From the NCBI GenBank assembly GCA_965223005.1, contig CBDCVK010000005.1, positions 1-64,000 of the forward strand: a stretch of DNA of 64,000 nt. Reading direction: 5' to 3'. Of the stretch, positions 58,416 through 64,000 are shown piece by piece. Numbering within the stretch: position 1 is the stretch's first letter; each line of letters starts with the position of its first letter. The stretch is from Terriglobia bacterium (GTDB lineage Bacteria; Acidobacteriota; Terriglobia; JAJPHL01; JAPKYU01). The notes under the pieces were generated by a model that saw nothing but the letters and a program-made list of their open reading frames with translations, had not been told where the DNA came from and did not search any database. A program made the translations under genes and the position numbers.

Positions 58416-59838
58416 CTCCAGTCCCGGCGCAGAAACGCTCGGCACCGTCAATGAAAGCCGGCGGATCAACGCTGACCTGCTGCGTCCGCTTCTCGAAACC
58501 ACGCCCCGGTTCTGGATCGCCATCGGCCTGCTGAGCCTGGTGATGGCCTGGGCTCTGGTGGCTTTCTCCTACCAGGTGACGACCGGCATGGGGGTTGCGG
58601 GCATCAACCAGCGGGTGATGTGGGGCGTCTACATCGTCAACTTTGTCTTCTGGATCGGCATCAGCCACGCCGGCACGTTGATCTCCGCTATCCTTCGGGT
58701 GACCAACGCAGGTTGGCGCCACCCCATTACCCGTGCTGCCGAAGCAATCACCGTATTCGCGTTGATGATCGGCCCCATGTTCATCCTGATCCACCTGGGC
58801 CGCGTCTGGTTGTTCTACTGGGTGATTCCCTACCCCAGCCTGCGCGACCTGTGGCCGAACTTCCGCTCGCCGCTGCTGTGGGATTTCTCCTGCATCAACG
58901 CGTACCTGTTGGGCAGCCTGACTTACCTCTACCTGCCGATGATCCCGGACTTGGCGCTCGCGCGCGATGCACTGCCCAGCGGCGGCTGGCGCCAGCGGCT
59001 CTACCGGCTGCTGGCGCTGGGCTGGGTGGGCAGCAGCCGCCAGTGGGCGCTGCTGGAGAAGACCATCGCGGTGATGGCCATCATCATCATGCCCCTGGCG
59101 GTTTCGGTGCACACGGTGGTGTCGTGGGTCTTTGGCATGACGGTGAACCCCATGTGGCACAGCACCATCTTTGGACCCTACTTCGTGGTGGGCGCCATCT
59201 TCTCGGGCATCGCCGCCGTGATCGTCGCGCTCTATGTGATCCGGCGCTCCCTGAAGCTGGAGAGGTACCTGGAGGACGCGCATTTCAACAACCTGGGATT
59301 GCTGCTGCTGGCCTTCTGCCTGCTGTGGAGCTATTTCACTTTTGCCGAGTACCTCACCGTCTACTACGGTCACGGCGAGCACGAGATGCCGGTGTTCTTG
59401 TACAAGATTTCCGGCGGGATGGCTCCCTACTTCTGGACCATGGTGGCCTGCTGCCTGCTGATTCCGCTGCCCATTCTGGCCTTCCGGCGAACGCGCACGC
59501 CGCTGGGGACCACGGTGGCTTCCCTGTTCGTGGTGGTGGGGATGTGGTTGGAGCGCTTCACCATCGTGGCCGGCACGCTGTCCCACCCGCGCCTCAGCTT
59601 CATGTGGCACGAATACCGGCCAAGCTGGGTTGAGCTGTCCATCATGGCCGGTTCCTTCGCCTACTTCATTCTCCTTTACGTGGTGTTCTCCAAGCTGTTT
59701 CCCATCGTCGCCATATGGGAGTACAAGGAAGGCCGGCGGTTGCTGGGGCAGCGGTCGGAAACTGCGCCCCACAGAGAGCTGGCGCCCTCACCCTCCTCAG
59801 TGACCGCCTCGCCCGCTGGCTTGGAGGCAGGAACATGA
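58402..59838 (+). CDS. NrfD/PsrC-family membrane subunit (ActC/QrcD-like)
   Basis: 'WG.YIVNFVFWIGISHAGTLISAIL', 'HLGR', 'NFRSPL.WD', 'SVHTVVS', 'GMWLER'. Confidence 0.93.
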   Translation: MQQSNSSPGAETLGTVNESRRINADLLRPLLETTPRFWIAIGLLSLVMAWALVAFSYQVTTGMGVAGINQRVMWGVYIVNFVFWIGISHAGTLISAILRVTNAGWRHPITRAAEAITVFALMIGPMFILIHLGRVWLFYWVIPYPSLRDLWPNFRSPLLWDFSCINAYLLGSLTYLYLPMIPDLALARDALPSGGWRQRLYRLLALGWVGSSRQWALLEKTIAVMAIIIMPLAVSVHTVVSWVFGMTVNPMWHSTIFGPYFVVGAIFSGIAAVIVALYVIRRSLKLERYLEDAHFNNLGLLLLAFCLLWSYFTFAEYLTVYYGHGEHEMPVFLYKISGGMAPYFWTMVACCLLIPLPILAFRRTRTPLGTTVASLFVVVGMWLERFTIVAGTLSHPRLSFMWHEYRPSWVELSIMAGSFAYFILLYVVFSKLFPIVAIWEYKEGRRLLGQRSETAPHRELAPSPSSVTASPAGLEAGT

Positions 59839-60338
59839 GCAACGAGGCGCAAGTGTGGGCGGTGTTCCATGACGAGCGCGCGGCGCTGTCTGTGGCGGCG
59901 CGCTGGCCCGATGCGGAACTGTTTTCCTCCGCCCCGCTGGAAATTCCTCATGGGACTCCAGACAAGGTGAAAGCGCGCCTGGGGCTTGCCACAATAGCGG
60001 GCGGCACCTTGGGCGGTCTCTTGGGAGGCTTGCTGGCTGCAGCCACCGGCATCTGGATGGGCCTGGACGTCGGTGGCCTACCCCGGCTTCCTGCGCCCCC
60101 GATCGGTATTGTCACTTTCGCCGGTGCTGCCCTGGGAGCCATCGGGGCCGCGCTAATCGTGCTGCTGGTCCGCGGGCGCATCCTTAGCCTGAAGCTGGAG
60201 GTGCCGGAACCTACGCGGCGCCAAGTGGCCGACGGTGCCATCGCGGTGATGCTGCGAGCGCGGCCAGAGGAGCGCGCTGCCCTCCTCAGGGAGCTGGCGA
60301 CAACGGGCGCGGAAGTGCAGGTGCTCGAGGTAGAATAG
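59835..60338 (+). CDS. ActD/DUF3341-like membrane subunit (divergent)
   Basis: ATGA overlap with the NrfD gene; 'AVF', 'S..P', two TM helices around 'L.VGG.P....PP..I.TF'. Confidence 0.7.
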   Translation: MSNEAQVWAVFHDERAALSVAARWPDAELFSSAPLEIPHGTPDKVKARLGLATIAGGTLGGLLGGLLAAATGIWMGLDVGGLPRLPAPPIGIVTFAGAALGAIGAALIVLLVRGRILSLKLEVPEPTRRQVADGAIAVMLRARPEERAALLRELATTGAEVQVLEVE

Positions 60339-60344
60339 AACAGC

Positions 60345-61298
60345 ATGACCGGTGCCGGGACACTAGGACAGGCACACGAACACCCACACCCTGACTGGCG
60401 GTCGCAGAACCGGCGTCGCCTGCTCACAGCTTTACTCATCACCTTTGGCGTCTTTGTCGCCGAAGTCATCGGCGGCTTCCTCTCGAACAGCCTCGCCCTG
60501 CTGGCCGACTCCGGGCACGTACTGACGGACCTGGCCGCTATGGGGTTGAGCCTGATCGCCATGCGGCTGGCCGAGCGTCCGCCCACGCCCCAAAAAACAT
60601 ACGGCTATCGCCACGCGGAAACCCTGGCCGCCTTCGTCAACGCCCTGCTGGTGATGCTGCTGGCTCTGGTGATCGTTTGGAAGGCGTTCGGCCGCCTCAA
60701 CGCGCCCGAGCAGGTCCACGGCGGACTGATGCTGACGGTGACGCTGGCCGGGTTGGCGGGCAACGCGGTCGCCGCCATGCTGCTGTTCCGAGGCCAGAAG
60801 ACCAGCATCAATCTGCGCGGCGCTTTCCTGCACGTCATCGGGGATCTGCTGGGGTCGGTGGCCGCACTGGTGGCCGCCGCTGGTATCTTCCTGTTTGGCA
60901 CCATGATCCTGGACCCGCTGGCCAGTATGGTGGTCGCCGCCTTGATCCTTACCAGCTCCTGGACCCTGCTGCGCCGCAGCGGCTCGCTGCTGATGCTGTC
61001 AGTGCCGCCGCACATCGCCTTTGACCAGGTGGAAACGGCGCTGCGGGGAATTCCCCGCGTGAACCGAATTCACGATCTGCACGTCTGGTCAGTCGGCGAA
61101 GGCGCGGTGGCGCTGAGCTGCCACCTAGTGGCCGACGATGCCGCCAGCCGCTCCGACCTGCTGGCGAGCGCGCAGCAGGTGTTGCGGGAGCGGTTTGCCA
61201 TCGCCCACTCGGTCATCCAGATCGAATCGGGCCGCTTGAACTGCCCGGCCGAAGAATCCTGCTTTGTGTCGCAGGAAGACCCAAGGGCGCTGACCTGA
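60345..61298 (+). CDS. Cation diffusion facilitator (CzcD/ZitB-like Zn/Co/Cd efflux)
   Basis: 'SLALLADSGH..TD', 'TYG..R.E.LAA..N', 'N.RGAFLH..GD.LGS', 'HDLHVW'. Confidence 0.93.
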   Translation: MTGAGTLGQAHEHPHPDWRSQNRRRLLTALLITFGVFVAEVIGGFLSNSLALLADSGHVLTDLAAMGLSLIAMRLAERPPTPQKTYGYRHAETLAAFVNALLVMLLALVIVWKAFGRLNAPEQVHGGLMLTVTLAGLAGNAVAAMLLFRGQKTSINLRGAFLHVIGDLLGSVAALVAAAGIFLFGTMILDPLASMVVAALILTSSWTLLRRSGSLLMLSVPPHIAFDQVETALRGIPRVNRIHDLHVWSVGEGAVALSCHLVADDAASRSDLLASAQQVLRERFAIAHSVIQIESGRLNCPAEESCFVSQEDPRALT

Positions 61299-61383
61299 GG
61301 CTGCTCTTGTGATATAAAAGGAGGGGAGACGGCAGTATGACCGAATCGTGGGAACCCCACCCGGCTCCTGGCCGTCTTCACAT

Positions 61384-61412
61384 TTGACAATCTCACGAAA
61401 AGACCTTACTTT
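61384..61412 (+). promoter_or_regulatory. Sigma70-type promoter
   Basis: TTGACA-N17-TACTTT upstream of the cytochrome c gene. Confidence 0.55.
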
Positions 61413-61458
61413 GCCCTGTGCCCGAGGCGGTCTTACTGTGGTTGGAGGATCAAAGACG

Positions 61459-61833
61459 GTGAAACCAAACTTCCTCAAGTTCCTGGTGCTGATCCTAGCG
61501 GCGGCTCTCACTCTAGCCGCTGCCGACAAGAAACCCGCCGAGAAGAAGAAAGGCGCCAAGGCTGATGATGCCAAAGCTGCCAAAGCCGGCGATGCGATCT
61601 TCTCCAAGAACTGTGCGATCTGTCACAACACCGACAGCACCGCTGAGAAGTTTGGCTCCCCAGGGCTAAAAGGTGTTTACAAAGGCAAGAAGCTGCCCCA
61701 CTCCGGCAAGCCTGTCAGCGATGAGAACGTGAGTGAGCGTATTCTTAAGGGCAGCGACAAGATGCCCCCGTTCGAAAAGAAGCTGAGCAAGAAAGAGCTG
61801 GCCAACGTGCTGGCCTACCTGAAAACTCTCTAG
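61459..61833 (+). CDS. Monoheme class I cytochrome c
   Basis: GGAGG RBS and GTG start; signal peptide; 'CAICH', 'PGL.G', 'MPPF', 'YLKTL'. Confidence 0.92.
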   Translation: MKPNFLKFLVLILAAALTLAAADKKPAEKKKGAKADDAKAAKAGDAIFSKNCAICHNTDSTAEKFGSPGLKGVYKGKKLPHSGKPVSDENVSERILKGSDKMPPFEKKLSKKELANVLAYLKTL

Positions 61834-62004
61834 CAACGAATTGTCCAGGCAGTTCGCGCGGGCCTCGATTCAGGTGGGGCCCCACTCCGTGTTCCCTGCG
61901 AAAGTAGTTCTCCCGCTGGCCTTCTGCCATCCTCGGAAGTGTCGTACCAGAGGACAGGATCTCTATGCTTCTTGACACACTTAGCCACGCGGTATTATCA
62001 TGAG

Positions 62005-63846
62005 ATGAGCGTGTTCCTCGTGTCGAGAAAGCCTCAGTTGAAGACTTGGTTTGTCCTTGTTTTTCTGGTCAGCGGCTTCGTGGGCCTTCTCCGCGCCCAA
62101 GATGAGAAGACCGGATCTGCGAGTACTCCCCAGGTCTTTTCCATTTTTCCTTCTGGCGGGCAGCAAGGCACAAGTTTACAGGCGGAGGTCCGGGGAATGA
62201 ATCTGGGCGAAGCCTACGCTGTCTGGTCTGGTACCCCGGGCCTGAAAGCCAGCCTGCGTAAGGTTGAAGAGATTGCAGCCCCAGAGGGAGAGAAAAAGGC
62301 AGCAACGGGTAGCTTGCCCGGACCGCACCCGGCGGCAAGTCACCGCGCTCTGTTGCAGGTGGAAATCGACGCCAGCGCCAAGATCGCCGTTCACTCGTTG
62401 AGGCTCGTTTCGTCCGCAGGAGTTTCCAATGCGCTGAAGTTCTTCGTCAACTCTGAATCCCTGATTGCCGAAAGCAAAGATCCTCATGATCAAGCTCACG
62501 AGGCACAGGTGGTGAACATTCCCTGTGTGGTGGCAGGAAGGATCAGCAACAGGGGGGATTTGGATTATTACGCTTTTGAAGTCTCCGAGGGGCAAGAGAT
62601 CGCGTTTCGGGTTATCTCCAGCAGGCTGACCCGACAGAACGCGCGTGTGGCTGCTCAACTAGCTCTTTACAAAGTGACTGGCAGCTGGTTTGACCCGAAT
62701 CGCCCAACACAACTCGCATCCAGCAGCAGCAGGGGGCGATTCATCTACAAGTTCGGCCAAGAAGGCCGCTACGTGGTGAAGGTTAGCTCGTTCTTGGGGA
62801 CGGGTGGGCCGGATTTCACCTACCAACTGCGAATCGTTCCGATTGACGTCATTCCGAAACAGGAGCTTCGTACCGCCCGACTGAAACAGTTCCGCTATGC
62901 GACCCCGTGGGACCCCTCCAAGTGGGAGGAACGCGCCTGGGACAGGCGACTGGAGCAGACGCGGCTCTCGGCACTGGCATCCAGAGCGGTGGTTACGGAC
63001 GAATTGGAGGAAGTTGTAAACCAAGACCTCTCCGTACTCTTGGTAAAGGAAAACGCGACGGAACTAAAGCTCCCAGCTCTCGTGGAGGGAACTATTGAAG
63101 AGCCGGGCGATCTGCATACCTTCAAGTTTCATGTGAAGGCGGGAGAGCAGTTAGCGTTTGAACTGGAGACTCCTGATCTGGTGCCACCCGACTTTAATCC
63201 TCATTTCGTGATTCTTGACAGCGATGGCAAAGAGCTGTCCTCGAATATTCACCGATGGGTATCGGGGGCTGGCAACGAGTACGCTAAGGAGATTCAACCC
63301 AAGACGATTCACGCTTTCCCGCGGCAAGGCGCCTACACCTTGAAGATCGGTGATATTACGTCTCGACACGGCAACCCACACTTCACCTATCGGCTCCTGA
63401 TCCGGCCACAAATTCCGCACGTTGGTAAAGTCGAGTTGAGCGAAGATCACATCAACCTCGTGCCTGGACAGGCAAGCAAGTTGACTATCATCAGCGATCT
63501 GGAAGAAGGATTGTCCGGTGGTATCGTTTTCGCTGTTGAGAATCTCCCCGCGGGGGTACAGGCCTTCCCCAGCTCGGGGAACAAACCGGTGCTTTCTCGA
63601 GGCGCAATCGTGGATGCAGGCAGAAGAGAGCTTTATCTTCCGAAAACCGAAAAAATAGTCGTCATGCTCTTAGGCAGCGAGAACGCTCCGGCTACGAGGA
63701 TGCCCCAGATGGTTCGGGTCAGCGCAAGACCGGTGGTTGAGGGCAAACTGGGCGCGCCCGTCACAGTGCGGGAATTTCCCCTTATGGTCATCCGGCCGAG
63801 CGAAGGTAGGAAGGCATCTGCTCGGCTGCGAGAGGAAAACGATTAA
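62005..63846 (+). CDS. Secreted protein with pre-peptidase C-terminal (PPC)-like repeats (start approximate)
   Basis: 'SIFP.GGQ.GT', 'G.SN...F', 'P.VV.G.I...GD.DYY.F', 'Y.L.I' repeats. Confidence 0.78.
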   Translation: MSVFLVSRKPQLKTWFVLVFLVSGFVGLLRAQDEKTGSASTPQVFSIFPSGGQQGTSLQAEVRGMNLGEAYAVWSGTPGLKASLRKVEEIAAPEGEKKAATGSLPGPHPAASHRALLQVEIDASAKIAVHSLRLVSSAGVSNALKFFVNSESLIAESKDPHDQAHEAQVVNIPCVVAGRISNRGDLDYYAFEVSEGQEIAFRVISSRLTRQNARVAAQLALYKVTGSWFDPNRPTQLASSSSRGRFIYKFGQEGRYVVKVSSFLGTGGPDFTYQLRIVPIDVIPKQELRTARLKQFRYATPWDPSKWEERAWDRRLEQTRLSALASRAVVTDELEEVVNQDLSVLLVKENATELKLPALVEGTIEEPGDLHTFKFHVKAGEQLAFELETPDLVPPDFNPHFVILDSDGKELSSNIHRWVSGAGNEYAKEIQPKTIHAFPRQGAYTLKIGDITSRHGNPHFTYRLLIRPQIPHVGKVELSEDHINLVPGQASKLTIISDLEEGLSGGIVFAVENLPAGVQAFPSSGNKPVLSRGAIVDAGRRELYLPKTEKIVVMLLGSENAPATRMPQMVRVSARPVVEGKLGAPVTVREFPLMVIRPSEGRKASARLREEND

Positions 63847-63867
63847 CAAAGTTTAGAGGAACTTGTA

Positions 63868-64000
63868 ATGGAAAGACGGAACGGTAGATTTGGCTGGTTG
63901 GCTCTGATGGGGATGCTAGTTCTGAATTGCTGGGGCGTCCCTGTGGTCAGTGCTGCGACGAAACAGCCGCGGTCCGGCTCTGCCGGGACAGCCAAGCTGC
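63868..64000 (+). CDS. Start of a secreted protein (3'-truncated)
   Basis: GAGG RBS, ATG, signal-peptide-like MERRNGRFGWLALMGMLVLNCWGVPVVSAA; open to the window end. Confidence 0.6.
   Translation, partial: MERRNGRFGWLALMGMLVLNCWGVPVVSAATKQPRSGSAGTAKL

Overview
High-GC bacterial chromosome segment; gene content and protein style suggest Acidobacteriota (inference). 1-13.15 kb is the right end of an integrative conjugative element: virB4-B9-B10-B5-B6-B8, a frameshifted relaxase-like gene, an oriT-like inverted-repeat region, a frameshifted coupling protein, virB11, xis and int, ending at a tRNA 3'-half att site that is fused to a truncated PPOX-class gene. The rest is host DNA: an elb-like ether-lipid operon with a split, shortened ElbD; korAB; peptidase and beta-propeller genes; a PaoABC-like molybdoenzyme; murB, pfkB and a Ser/Ser dapF; a UGA-interrupted PCYCGC protein with a SECIS-like hairpin (probable selenoprotein); a GNAT/OSBS pair split by a 1100-aa glycosidase-like gene; mazG, ribF, transporters; a Qrc/ACIII-like redox complex. 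The most striking unexplained element is a ~743-nt non-coding region (22589-23331). It has its own sigma70-like promoter, a ~60-nt interrupted stalk pairing its 5' and 3' ends, and about ten quasi-periodic, G-U-rich, mostly GNRA-capped hairpins, and is a strong candidate for a large, possibly undescribed structured ncRNA. Several single-base indels (ICE, EamA, beta-barrel gene) look like sequencing errors. All assignments come from motif recognition by eye; no searches were run.
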